DNA of 64,000 bases from Lama glama (lineage: Eukaryota). The position numbers were made by a program, and so were the translations under genes. The DNA is taken from positions 7,504,001-7,568,000 of the forward strand of contig CM052816.1 in NCBI GenBank assembly GCA_028534125.1, in the 5' to 3' direction. Below, piece by piece: positions 25,090 to 37,900 of this stretch. The notes under the pieces were generated by a model. The model ran no database searches. It was given only the letters and a program-made list of their open reading frames with translations, and was not told the DNA's origin. The first letter of the stretch is position 1, and each line of letters begins with the position of its first letter.

Positions 25090-25975
25090 TCTAAAACAAC
25101 TTTCTTGAAATATAATTGATATACAAATAACTGTGCATACTTAATGTGGATTGGATGAGTTGGGACATATGCAAGCACATTTAAAACCATCACCGCGGTC
25201 AGGGTTATAGACATGTCCATCATTTCCAAAAGTTGCCTCGTGCCTCTTTGTTTTTTGTTTTTGTTTTATTTGTGTGTGTTTGTGTGGTAGGAACACTTAA
25301 CATGGGATCCACCCTCTTAAAAAATGTTTAACTGCACAATAAAGTATTATTGACTGTAGTCAAGATGTTGTACTGCAGAGTTCTAGAACAACTTTTTTAT
25401 TCTCTGCTTCTAAAAGACTATTTGTGATATCTCACATAAATGGGAAAATGTAGTATTTGTCCTTCTGTGATTGGTTAACATAATGTCGTCCAGGTTCAAA
25501 CGTGTCACGAGTGGCAGAATTTATTATTATTATTGTTGTTGTTGTTGTTGTTGTTATTGTTATTATCATCATCATCATCATTATTATTATCATTATTATT
25601 ATTATTATTTTAAATGGAGGTACTAGGGATTGAACCCAGGACCTCATGCATGCTAAGCATGAGCTATACCTACCTCCATCTCTCTTTTTAAAGGCTAAAT
25701 AAAATTTGGTCATATGCATACACCACATTGTCTTTAGCCACTTATCTGTCAGTGGACAGGTGGCTGTTCCCATATCTTGGCTATTGTTAATAATGTTGCA
25801 ATAAATGTGGGAATACTGCTGTCTCTTCAGGATCCTGATTTCAATTCTTTTGGATAAATACTCAAAAGTGAGATTGCTGGATCAGATTACCGTATTTTTA
25901 ACTTTTTGAGAAACCTCCGCACTGTTTTCCATGCAACTGCATCATTTTACATTCCCACTAACATGCACCAAAATG
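25090..25975 (-). mobile_element. L1M 3' end with a nested SINE and compound microsatellite
   Basis: L1 3'UTR/ORF2-end motifs. A tRNA-derived SINE sits at about 25615-25677, with an (ATT/GTT/ATC)n tail at 25520-25609. Confidence 0.75.
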
Positions 25976-28900
25976 AAAGTCTCTTGAATCCCAATCTCGA
26001 TGCCTTTGAGGAATAACTTCAGTCTCGGAAAAAGGACCACAACAAAGATCCTTTCCAGTCACAATCAAAATGGACCTGAGCATCCATTCCCTCAGGACCC
26101 CTCCCCCAGCAGGCCCTTGCATGCTTTCTCCAGCATGCCCTACCAGTGTTAGCCTCTGCAGTGTTATACCTCCTGCAATGGGGCACTCACTCCCTGTCAA
26201 ACCAGACCCTGAATCTTGGACCAGTTGAAAGATCTTTCCTCCCAAGGAACTGGCCCCCACATTCATGGGCTGTGCTACCCACTGCTTCTAGTTTTCCCGG
26301 ACAGCTCAGAAGACTGATATCCCCAAGCACCCCGGATGCAAAAGTGCTTCTAGGAAGGAAAAGAGGGAATGGAGCGAACTGGAGATCTGCTCTCCTTTCA
26401 GCCTTGCCCATCATCCAAGCCCTGCCTGAACTCAGGCTCTCCCGGCAATCACCTTTCCGCGGCTCCTTCCCTCTGCAGCTGCTTCTTTAAGAAGCACCAT
26501 AGGGGCTGGTCCCCGCTACAGTCCTTGGATCCTGTCCAGGGCCCAGATTAAAAGGTATTGCAACCTTTTAAAAAAAAAAAAAAACCAAACAAACATGTGT
26601 TGTAACCCAAGGCCCTGGTAACCACAACACTGCCGGCTGCTTGTTGCCACCTCCCAGGCCGAGGAGAGGACACTGCTCTCCGCCTGCCCAGGGGCACCCA
26701 CACTGTGCCGTGCAGTGCTCGCTGCAGTTACCATATTCTCTCAGGCTGGGGTTCAGTGGGGCCAGGGCCTGAGCTGTACCAGGGCTGCAGGCCTTCTGGA
26801 CCCAAGTGCCTCTGGGACCCACAGTGGTTCCCCCTGAACCCTTGCAGAAGATGTTTGATGGCTCCAGGATAGCGCTTTCTGTCCACCCTCCACCTAAGCC
26901 CCAGAGTGACCGTGAAGCATGTCAGTCTGGCGGTGCCACCCCCACTGCCCACAGGAGAAGGTAAAAAATGTCTTGGCCAAGTCTTCAAGGTTCTCCCGTC
27001 TATCTGCATCTCCTCCCTCCCTGTGTTCACCCAGCCCTCCAGCCACACAGAGGTGCTGAGCCCCCTGAAAACCCATGCAGTGCTGGGCACTAGGCAGAAA
27101 TGTTCTCCCACACTTTCTTTTTTTAGTTTGAATTCTATACATGTATATATTGCAAAATGATCCCCACAATAAGGTTAGTTAACACATCCATTCCCTCCCT
27201 GAGTTACACTTCCCCATGTTCTTGACAAGAAGAATCCCTGCTTAATCTACACAACCCAGGTCGAACATCACATCCGTGGGGAAACCTGCCCGTCCCTTTC
27301 CTCCCGGATAGATCTCGTGGCTCCTTTTCTGCCGTGGTATTTTTCCACACCCCTTGTTATATTATTTGTCTACCTTGACCAGTGGCGACATAACCTCCTG
27401 CAAATATTTTGTTTAGCTTGCATGATGGTGTGTGTATGTGTGTGTGTGTGAGAGAGAGAAATTTTACATTAAAAAAAAAACAGATTTCTAGTTTCTCTTC
27501 AAAAATTAGAAGATCAGGCCAGCTTGGGGTTTCAGGCCAGCTTGGGGTTTCATTTCCTTCTTGCACTCATCCAGAGCATCACATCCGCTTGTGCTCCTTT
27601 TAGATGACTTTGTGGTCCCCAGTTTAGACCCAGCCCTATCTCATGCCCTCTCCTCCTTTGTGTACCTACGCAGCCTTGCAGGCATTTAGGTTTCAAGCCT
27701 TGGGCTTAGATCATACCTCTTATGTGTTCTGGGTTGCTCCCATTTACAAATATTCTGCCTCCTTGTCCCCACAAACCATTTAGATGCCCCAGAAATTCCA
27801 GTATGTTGGCAAACAGTCAATGAGTAGAATCTGGTCAACAAAAATATAAATGTCACAGATTCCTCTGCTAAATCATTTGTTCCAGTTTTTGACTCGGAAA
27901 ATAACAGTCCCTGCCTCGCCGTCTTCCAACTCCCACTCCAGCTAGTTCCCTGTGAGATGCTCTCAATGGAGCAGAGCAAGGACGGTGGCATCATGGTGGG
28001 AAATACCAGGTTTTCTAGAAAGGAGGGATTTAGGGATGCTTTCTGTTAGAAAAGTGTTGTTTAAATTTTGATTACATAGCAAGTAACATTGTTAGGAAAA
28101 TACTCATTTTTCAAATCAAACGGTGAGGCTGGCTGCTGGAAATTGAGATCACACTGGGTGTACACAGTAAATATGTTTGGAACTGAATGGAATGGGGAAC
28201 ATGATGTCTGGTGGGAACATGCAGAAGGTGCCAAAGTTCCTCTGATAAGGGATGTGGGGGCATTTGGAGAGGACAGGGAGATGGCTGACTTAGGTGCAGC
28301 CAGACAAGTCGGTATCCAACCCTGATTTGGGCCTGGGAAACCCCCAGGTAGCGTTGAAGTTCTGTTCATTGATTAAACCAACAAGCTGCTCTTCAGAGGA
28401 CTCTGTCCATAAGGACTCACCCTTAGCTCCCAGATGTGAGACGGCTCAGGGCCTGGCTCAGAACCCACGGAACAGTCCCCTGTGTTTCACACAGAAGGCA
28501 CAGTAGGAGTGGCCTAGACACGGGACACTTGGCAGCCAAGGATGTCTCAGGCGTGGGTAATGGGTCTCACCTGTAGACTCACTGAGCCCTGGACCACACT
28601 CTATCCCTCTTCTCTGTGCCCGCTAAAACATGGCTGCCAGGAGGACATAAAGGTTGAAAGCAGCCCAAATGTAAGCACAGCTCAGAATTACCTGGAGGAC
28701 TTATAAAACAGATTCCTGGGCCCCACACCCAGCATTTCTGAGGGAGCTGGTCTGGGGTGGAGCCCAATCATTTGCATGTCTAACCATTTCCCAAGAGATA
28801 CTGACGCTGCTGATCCCCTGACGTAAAGAAATGTTGGCTCCTGTCCATTCCTAGCAGCCTCCAGACCCTAGAGCCCACTTAGAGAGATGATGTGCAGTGT

Positions 28901-29758
28901 CCCCTGGAATCCTTAGGAGATACTCTGTACCCTCGTACTCTGCATCACCATAGAAGCTCCTTGAGAACCTCCTCAGATCTTGAAGGACCTGAACATCATT
29001 GAGCAGAGAAAGCATTAACCAAAAATTATTGACATGAATCTACTCTTGGTATAAAGAAAGTGATTAAGTGAATCTTGTTGCCTCTCTCAAGGCAGCCCCA
29101 AGTCCCAAACCGCAAGTCTTCTGGGAAAATAGTAAGGGATGTCTTCTTGCTAATTAGCAATTCTCAAACTCAATGCACCTTTCCAGGGACTTCCCCATTA
29201 ATTCAGTTCAACACAATGCAACATAATTAGTGTAGCCATTTGATTCCCCGGTAAAATGGCCCACCAAAACCATTGGATCAATAAGGCTAAAATTTTAATG
29301 TGAAAATTCCTCAGACTCAGTCCTCCAGGGCTGATCCAAAAAGTGGAAAAGGAGAGAGGACTCCAGCTGATTCTATAGCAAATGAGCCTGCAAACTCTGA
29401 GAAACACTCCCATAGACGCTCAAGATTCAACAACTTTATGTTACTTCTCATTTCCTTCTCTCTTCCTTCCAAGAGGAAGCTGTCAAAACCAACATTTCCA
29501 TCAAGAGTCTAGCAAAACCAGGGTATCTTTCTCAGAAGAGCCTTGTGTCTCACCTCCAGAACTGAAGGTGGGGTGAACATAGTGTCTCCAAGAGTAAATT
29601 ATTCTAACTAAATGCAGTAGAACATACCTTAATTTGTGGCCTATGAGGTGGTTAGATATTGTGCTCTGCTGCTAGTGACAGAATTTCAGTGGCAGGGGCT
29701 TAAACAAATTTGTTTACTACGTGAAAATACTAGGAAGTAGTTGACCAGAGCCGGTATG

Positions 29759-29846
29759 GAGTAGGTGGGTACAGCTCAGTGGTAGAGCACCCGCTAAGCA
29801 AGCATGGGGTCCTGGGTTGAATCCCCAGTATCTCTATTAAAAAAAA
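29759..29846 (+). mobile_element. tRNA-derived camelid SINE (vic-1-like), inserted in an MLT1 relic (about 29650-30190)
   Basis: A box (agctcagtggtagag), B box (gggttgaatccc) and A-rich tail. Confidence 0.8.
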
Positions 29847-30522
29847 TTTTTAAGCTGATATTGGGGCTCCATAAATTCATCAGAAACCAAGGCTTCTTCC
29901 ATATTTTTGCTCAGGGTAATAAAATGGCTACTAGAACTCAACCATCATGTATGTATTCCAGGCATGAAAAGCAGGGGCAAGGAAAGGAGGAACCCTGCTC
30001 CCAGCTGAGTCATTCTTCTACTGAATGTTTTCCTGGAAGCCCCAATGCATAATTTCCCCTTGCACATCCCCTGCCACCCCCGATTCAAGTGAAGCTGAGT
30101 AAGTAGCCTGTTAGCCCACCACCCTGTTGTCCCAGAGAAGATCAGGATTCTGTTACTCAGGAAGAATGGAAGTTGAGTAAGATGACTGGAAGCCTCTGCC
30201 ACAACCTCCTACAACCTACTAAGGACCAGGTTGGGTGAGGAGGGAGGAGGCAGAGCTATGTAACCCTCAGTCCACTGGGGAGGACTCACAGAGCGCACAA
30301 ACAAGTAAGAGAGCTGAAGAACAGGCACTGCAGGGCTTTGGAAGGAGAGGGCACGTGACTGCTTCTTGATGTACAGGTAGAATTACAATCTGCAGAGATG
30401 GATGGCGAAGAAAGTCACTCTGGGCAGACAACATGTTTGGGGAACGACTGGGCTAAATCAGGACCCAAACAGAGAAAGCTCTCAGGGCTAGAAAGATGTT
30501 CAGTGCCCACTGAGTTGACAGG

Positions 30523-31368
30523 TTTTTTTTTAAACTTTATTTTATTATTATTTTTTAATCTATTTTTATACATAGTGGCTAACATTTGCAAATCTCAAAC
30601 TCCCAAATTTATCCCTTCCCACTCCCTTTTCCCCAGTAACCATAAGATTGTTTACTATGTCTGCAAGTCTATTTCTGTTTTATAGATGAGTTCATTAGTG
30701 TCCTCTTTTTTTTTTTTTTTAGATTCCACATATGAGTGATATCATATGGTATTTTTCTTTCTCTTTCTGGCTTCATTTAGAATGACAATCTCCATCCATG
30801 TTGCTACAAACAGCATTATTTATTCTTTTTTATGGCTGAGTAGTATTCCACTACATAAATATACCACAACTTTTTTATCCAGTCATCTGTTGATGGACAT
30901 TTAGGTTGTTTCCAGGTCTTGGCTATTGTATATAGTGCTGCTATGAATATTGGGGTGCAGGTATCTTTTCGAATTAGAGTTCCCTCCAAATATATGCCCA
31001 GAGTACGACTGTTGAATCATATGGTAAGTCTATTTTTAGTTTTTTGGGTTTTTTAAATTATTGAAGTATAGTTAATTTACAATGTTGTGTTGGTTTCTGG
31101 TGTACAGCAAAGTGATTCAGTTATATATATGTATGTATATTCTTTTTCATATTCTTTATCATTATAGGTTATTACAAGGTGTTAAATAGAGTTCCCTGTG
31201 CTATACAGTAGGACCTTGTTTATTTTATAGATAGTAGTTAGTATCTGCAAACCCCAAACTCCCAACTTATCCCTCTTTCCCCCCAGTAACCATAAGATTG
31301 TTTTCTATGTCTATGAGTCTGTTTCTGTTTTGTAAATAAGTTCATTTGTGTCTTTTTTAAGATTCCAC
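30523..31368 (-). mobile_element. Two adjacent L1 3' ends running into an assembly gap
   Basis: Closely similar to the L1 3'UTR at 1-350; the second unit starts at about 31050. Confidence 0.85.
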
Positions 31369-31468
31369 NNNNNNNNNNNNNNNNNNNNNNNNNNNNNNNN
31401 NNNNNNNNNNNNNNNNNNNNNNNNNNNNNNNNNNNNNNNNNNNNNNNNNNNNNNNNNNNNNNNNNNNN
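31369..31468. other. Assembly gap (100 N)
   Basis: Run of N. Confidence 1.
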
Positions 31469-32029
31469 AGGCAGGTAGTGATTTCCCCATTACTGGAATT
31501 AGTCAAACATAGACTGCACAAGCAGAGTAGGAAGGGGAATTATAGAAGGGAAATTACAAAAGCGACTTACCTTAGTTGCAAGCAACAGATGCTAAACATC
31601 AGATCCCACCCCAAACTGAGATTCTCAGATTCCTTTGGTCATGAATGGCCTTTGGTTTTAGTATTTCTCCAGGAAGTCCTCCCTCCCCACCCCCATCCAC
31701 CATGGCCTCTCATATCCTTTTAATACTAATACTTCCCACATGGAGTACACAACTTGACATTAGCTTTATAACCTGTTTTTGTAAGTTTTGCATCTTTTCC
31801 GATGTATAGGTCTAACACCAAAAAAATAGATTATAGCCAATTCAAGACAAGAACTGAGTCTTCACTACGCCTTGCCCATAGTGGTCAATCATCCCAGTGT
31901 GCCTAGGAGTTTCCTGGGACATGGGACCATCAGCACTGAAAGTGGGGAAATCCTGAGCAGACCAGGATGAGTTTCTACTTGCCCAAGAAATGGGCACATC
32001 ATAGCACCTGCTTGTTGATTGCTAACTAT

Positions 32030-32405
32030 GGTAGACATGTCTGCTGTTCACCAGTACTTCTGCTTCTCCTCTCCTTCTGGGCACACAGTGCACGTCTCTG
32101 TTCCCTTGAACTTGGGCATGACAATGTGAGTTGCTTTGGCCAATAAAATGTGAGTGGACTTGCGGAAGGACTTAAGGCCCCATGCACCATTCTCTGTACG
32201 CTGTCTTCTCTTGACCCGGTGAACTCCAAAGCCATGGTGTTGGGATGGCAGCATCATAGGGTGGTGTAGAATGTCTCTGTGAAACGGAGCCCTCAGCCTC
32301 CCCGTGCTGGACACATAGTGTGAGCAAAACTTATCTTCCCTCATGATAAGTTGCTGAGATTTTTAGATTTCTCATTTCATAGAAAAAACTCACCTAACCT
32401 GCCTG
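32030..32405 (+). mobile_element. Old MaLR LTR (MLT1-type)
   Basis: ttgctttggccaataaaatgtgagtgga motif characteristic of MLT1. Confidence 0.6.
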
Positions 32406-34344
32406 GCACATCAAGTACCAAAAATCTCATTAACAACTTATTCACACTCAAATTCCTAAAGCAAAAACAAAACAAAACAAAACAAAAACCTCCTTAGGTT
32501 TTTTTTCCCCCCCTCAGGCAGAAACTTCAAAGCACATAACCAAAAAGCCAGTTGTGTGAAAGTAGGAAACCTGAGCCCCGTCTCCCAGGAAGCTTAAAGA
32601 AGCTGGAGACAAGAGCTCCTAAGACCGGAGGCTCCGGGAACAGAATTTGCCTGCCTGGTTCCTACTCCCAAGGCTAAATGATTGATTTGAACTGCTGACA
32701 TTAAAATTCGAGATCAATTTCAGTTCTTCAGTATTCAGATGGGAAACTCTCCAGAAGGAGAGACAGCAGGTTGAGGATCACACAGGGCATTACTGGCTAT
32801 GATCCCCCCACACTATTTTTGGGCATGTTTACCTGTTAAGTTGCTTTTCTATTTAGTTAATTCTCATTGTCTATTTCTTTAGGATTTCATATACTTACCC
32901 ACTTGATGCTGAAAAACTAGTCTCAGTCTCATGTATGGGTTTAAAAACTTTTTTAGAAAACTTTTTCTTATTACAACAGTTATTTTCTTATTACAATAGT
33001 AATAAGTGTAGACTCATTTTTTAAATATAAGAAAATGAAGAATAGCTTGAAGTGGCCAAAATCTCATCCAGAAGTAATCACTATTAATACTTTTCTTTTA
33101 CATTTTATAACATTTTGAAACTTCATTTTCATCAGTATTTTTACTGATTATATGACATTCTAATTTTACGGATATAGCATAATTTATTTAAACAAAAGTC
33201 TTTTTTTGGTATTTAGGTTAATTTTTTAAAATTGGTGGTTTGGGTTTTTATTCAATCTTGAGCACTGTTTCATAATCGTTATCAGTTTAAGCAGACACTC
33301 TTTCCTCGTTACCTGTTCAGCATAACCTACAGCAGTGGTTCTCAAACTTGAGCATGGGTCAGAATCACTTAGGGGGGCTTGGAAATTTGAGATTCCTGAG
33401 CCCCACCCCCAGAGTTTAGGATCTGTCGGTTTGCGTGGGATGTGATAATTTGTCTTTCTAACAAAGCTCTCCGGTAGCGCTGATGCTGCTGATCTGGGAC
33501 CACACTTTGTGAGCTACCTTCTTATATTATGTTTCTTTCCAAGAACCTAAGATCACCTGTGTCCTCAGTTTCCTTTCTTAGAACCTGCTGTAATTGGTCT
33601 TCTACTCTGTGAAGGGGGAAGTTCTTTTGTGGTCTCACAGTCTTTTTCCATTCGCGCGCGCGCGCACACACACACGGATAGCACACTGATTTTTCAAAGT
33701 TAGTGTCCCAGAAACTTCAGCCAGTAGCAAAGCGAGGGTAACTAAAAGTTCTTTTTCCCAGGCACTGATGTTTTATGTCCCTTGTTATCCCCTCGTCTGC
33801 CTGTCTGCCTGATAAATTTGTTGTGATGGGTAACATCTATTCAAGATGGACAGAATAGAATATTACAGATGCTTGTCAGCTGGAAAGAGCTATGGACCCA
33901 GAAGTGAGGAGGCATTAGAATTAAACTTCTCATTATTACGAATTTGTAGGGAAGCGGATGGAAGCTTATTTGTAGGGAAGTGGATGAAGTCAGAACTGAA
34001 TTTTATCTGGGCTCTGGTACTTACTAGCTATGTGAGCTTAGGGAAGTCACATCTCTGAGCCTCATTTTCCTTACCTGTAAAATGGAGGCAACAATACTTT
34101 TGTTGCAAGGAGATGGCAAGAAATAGATACAATATGTGCAAAGGAGCTAGGACAAAAAAAAAAAAAGAAGCTAGGACAGAAAACAACTCTCAATAAGTGG
34201 TAGCTGTTGTGTTTATTTAAGAATTGTTTTAAATTTTTTTCTAACCTTTTGTCTGCTGAGGGCCTGGAAAAGCATCCATTGTTCTTAGGCATCTTTTCTG
34301 CCCTGGCTCGAGGTTCCTATCATTTACGAAAATTCTGGTCACCT

Positions 34345-34900
34345 GCCTCAGGCGGCGGCGCCCAAAGCCCCACGGGCATCGCCGAGGCCCTGCTTTTCGG
34401 GTATTTACGGCGCGCGGCTGCCCCAGCTCCGGCTCAAGTCTGCGCTTCCAGGTTCAGTTTCAGGGTCTCGCCCGCGGCCCCGACCGGCGGGCGCGGAGCG
34501 GGCAGCGGGGCCCGGACAGCACAGTCCGCTGGGGGCCCCGGAGTTGGGAGGCGGCGTCCGGGAGCCCCCGGAGGAGGATGGGCTGCGGACACAGCAGGCT
34601 GAGCTGCTGCAAACCCCCCAAAAAGGTAAAGGGCGCCGGCGGAGAAGTTTGCCTTCTCAAGGGAAGAGGGGCGCGGAACGGCTCCGCCGCAGGGCGCCCT
34701 CGGCGCCCCGGCTTGTCCCGGGTTGGCCGGGGACGCCGGGCGGAGGACGCCGGGCTAGAGGCAGGCACGGAGGGACGCGAGGAAGGCTCGGCCGGGCGGC
34801 GCTCCCTCCCCCGGCCCTGGGCTGAGCCGCGCGGGGCAGCCGAGTTTACCAGCACGGCCCCAGGGCCGGGAAAGGGCAGCTAATTCTGGCTGGCGGACTG
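34345..34900 (+). promoter_or_regulatory. CCDC69 promoter CpG island
   Basis: Very GC- and CpG-dense segment surrounding exon 1. Confidence 0.8.
34578..34625 (+). CDS. CCDC69: CCDC69 coding exon 1 (MGCGHSRLSCCKPPKK)
   Basis: ATG in AGGATGG Kozak context inside a CpG island; donor AAG|GTAAAG. Confidence 0.95.
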
Positions 34901-37900
34901 GGGAAATGTCTAGTGTCTATGGCAGGTGCCCTTTTCCGTCGGTCTGGGGCTGCTGGCTGTGTGGCCTTGGACATGTGACTTGAACTCTCTGGGCCTTGGG
35001 CTTTCCCACCAGTAAGGGGCAGGTAATCTCTGGGGCTGCTACCCGCAGAGTGGTCCACGGATTTACATCATTGGCGTCACCTGGGACCTGTTAGAAAAGC
35101 AGAATTTCCGGCCGGCCGTGCCGCAGACTTGCTAAAACAGAACCTCCCTCTTAACAAGATGCCCAGGTGATTACAATACTCTTCAAAGTTTGAGAAGCGC
35201 TGGTCTAGAGCCTTTTCAGGCCCCAGAGCCGGTGCATTTGGGCTGTCCTGGGGGTAGCTGGGAGGGGCCGATGAGGGAGGAGACCTACCGCCTTCTGCTG
35301 CCCTTCCCTCCCTTCCTGTCCCTCCCTCAAGGGGCCTCTGAGCTGGGTTAGAGCCCAAGAGACGCTAGCTACTCGGGTTTCTTGCAGTGGGACCAGCTGC
35401 CCCTTGGGGTCTGACTTCCTCGCAAGGTCAGAGCCTGGAGCCGGAGGACAACCTCCTCAGGGAACAATCTAAGGCATAGAGAGGGCAGGGAGGACTCTCA
35501 AGTCCTGACCCCTTTCCTACTACTGCCTGCTCTCCAACAGGGTGAAAATAGGTGGTCCTATAAACTTGATGACTGGTCCCCTGGAGATGCTACACTGTGA
35601 CACTAGTGATTTTTCGGTGGACTTGAGTGCCTGTCGCTCTGCTGCTTTGCTTGTGCCTGTGTACAAGCTTTTCTGCCTGTTGAGTATGGAGTTCTGTCCC
35701 CAAGCTGGGTGATTCTATTCCATGCCCTGTGCCTAGTCCAGGGAGATGAGTGTGGGTCCCAAGTTCAATGCTCCCCCACTTTCCTTGCCCCTCCTTCACT
35801 CCCCATTCAAAAAAAACTTCACCAAGCTCTGACTTAGAAACCCTTGCGTGTTCCCTGGCTCCAACAGGGAAACTGAGGCTTGCCTCTCAGCGGAAGCAGA
35901 GTGCTGGTTGTTGGGATGATGCGCAGGTGAACGTGAGCCTGGCTGGAGCCTTAGAACGAAGCTGGTGATAGTTAGACATCGATCCTCGGTGTTAATCCTG
36001 GCTCTGCCACAAACATGTTGTGTGACCCCAAGCAAGCCCTTACCGCTCTCTGGGCCTCAGTTTCTCCCTCTTGTGTGGAGAGAGAGGGGGCTGAGCAGGA
36101 CGATTGCTATGAGTCTGAGAGTCTGTGTTCTCTGCACCTGTGTCAACCTCTCAGCCTGCAAAGTGGGCCAAGGGTGAATTCCATCTACGCAGTGGCAGGA
36201 GGAGACTGGAGGAGGAGCCCTGTTCCAGGCCTTGACTCTCCCGTAGTCCGGAAGAGGAGACCACAGTGAGCATGGGTTCCCCTGCCTCCTGGCCTTTCAG
36301 AGAGCCTCGCCAGCTGTCTCTGTCTGTCCCTGGCACAGCCTGAACTGGACCACCAGTCCTAAGTCCTGAAAGGCAGGTTAAGTCGGCACAGACTCTCCCA
36401 TTGGAAAAGGGCCTTCGGTACCACCTGGGCTGATGCACCGACGTATAGATGGGAGGTTAAAGCCCGGAGAGGGAAGGGTCTTGACTGAGGTCGCAGAGCA
36501 GAACCCAGGCACCCAGTCCCCGAGCCCAGTGTTCTTTGCTCTGCCCCTACTCAGCTCTTCCAGCAGCTTCTTGTTGATTTCAAAGCCCTTTGGCGTTAAC
36601 GCCTTCACTCTGTTGCCTCAGAGCAGTCCGCCCTGCCTTCCTTTCCCAGCAGCGCCAGGCCCTTGCCCCTGTGTGGAAGGATTCATAAGCTGGTTTTGTT
36701 TAAAGTTCATGCCTGTTTCCATCCCTCCGGGCTGTGCTTCTGCCCAGGTGCTCATCCAGATGCCAACCCCTGGAAGGTGTGAGCTTCCAAGCCCATCCTC
36801 AGGAGACTCTCGGCGCCCAGGAGCCTCTGAGGATGGGATGTACAAAAGTGAGCTCACCCCGCGGGAGGCTCTGGTCACAACAATGACTCACCCTGAGTGG
36901 CAGTTGACAGAGTACTTTCACATCCTGCTGACCTCACAGAAGCCTGGAAGCCAGGCTGAGCTGCCGAATCTCCCCCACTCTACAGGCAAGGAGACTGAGG
37001 TTCAGGAAGGAGTGATGTGTCCAAAATTATAGAGCCAGTTGGTGGCCAAGCTGTGCAGCGAAGCCAGGATTTCTGCCCTCCCCAGCTAGCGCTCACCGCC
37101 TCACGCAGAGCCCAGAGCAGATGCCTCATGCATATTTGAGGGCGTGAAGGAGGGCCCCAGGAGAGCCAGAGCAGGGGTCAGCCCAGGATGCAGCATGGTG
37201 CCTCAGCCAGCCTTGAGAGATACAGGGAGGCTTCTCGGGTGAGGAATGGGCATGCCTCAGCTGAGTGTTGTGGGTTTGGTGGGAGTTACCCAGTCGAGGC
37301 AGAGAGGGCAGCCTGTGCGGAGGCTGAGCCCGAGAAAACACAGACTGACAGTGCTTGCTGTGGAGGGAGAGGTGGCTGGCAGTGAGGAATGGGGCCAAAA
37401 CTGCCCTACCTACGGACAGGGGCTTGACCACTAGGGCTTTTCAAGGTCCCTCCAAAGGCCAGGACCTAAGGGTTTGCTGAGTCCTGCAGTTGACAATGCC
37501 TGGTGGCCTTACAGAGAGGCCTGACCTGGGACCAAGTGTTATTGGAACTTTTGGGGACAGTTTGAAACCCCAGCAAATGAATGAGTGGGGATCCCTAGCA
37601 GGCTGGGCATGAATGCTGACAAGCCACCTGCATGGTGTGGTTCTTTCTAAATGCTTTTTGGCAGAGACTGTGGCTGATGTGACCACATCCCCTGGGAGGA
37701 CTTGGGAGAAGGCCAGACAGAAAGGGAAGGGGCCAAGGAAACAAATTAAAGGCAAAGTTCCATTTGGATTCCTCTGGAGCCAAGGCCTGTAGGGTGACAT
37801 GGGAGTCCACAGGGCCTTCCGTCCCTTACAGGTTACCAGCCCCCTCTGGGCAGTGATGGGGAGGGACAGCAGTGCCTCATGGTCACCCCCCATGCATGTG

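Noticed and set aside
29759..29846. tRNA-like sequences (also at 49717 and the other SINE copies)
   Set aside because: A-rich tails, TSDs and degenerate stems show they are SINEs, not tRNA genes.
36433..37032. 199-aa ORF in CCDC69 intron 1 (and similar ORFs at 15364, 37441, 40448, 60192)
   Set aside because: No recognisable domain or exon structure; expected by chance in GC-rich DNA, and several overlap repeats or are antisense to real exons.
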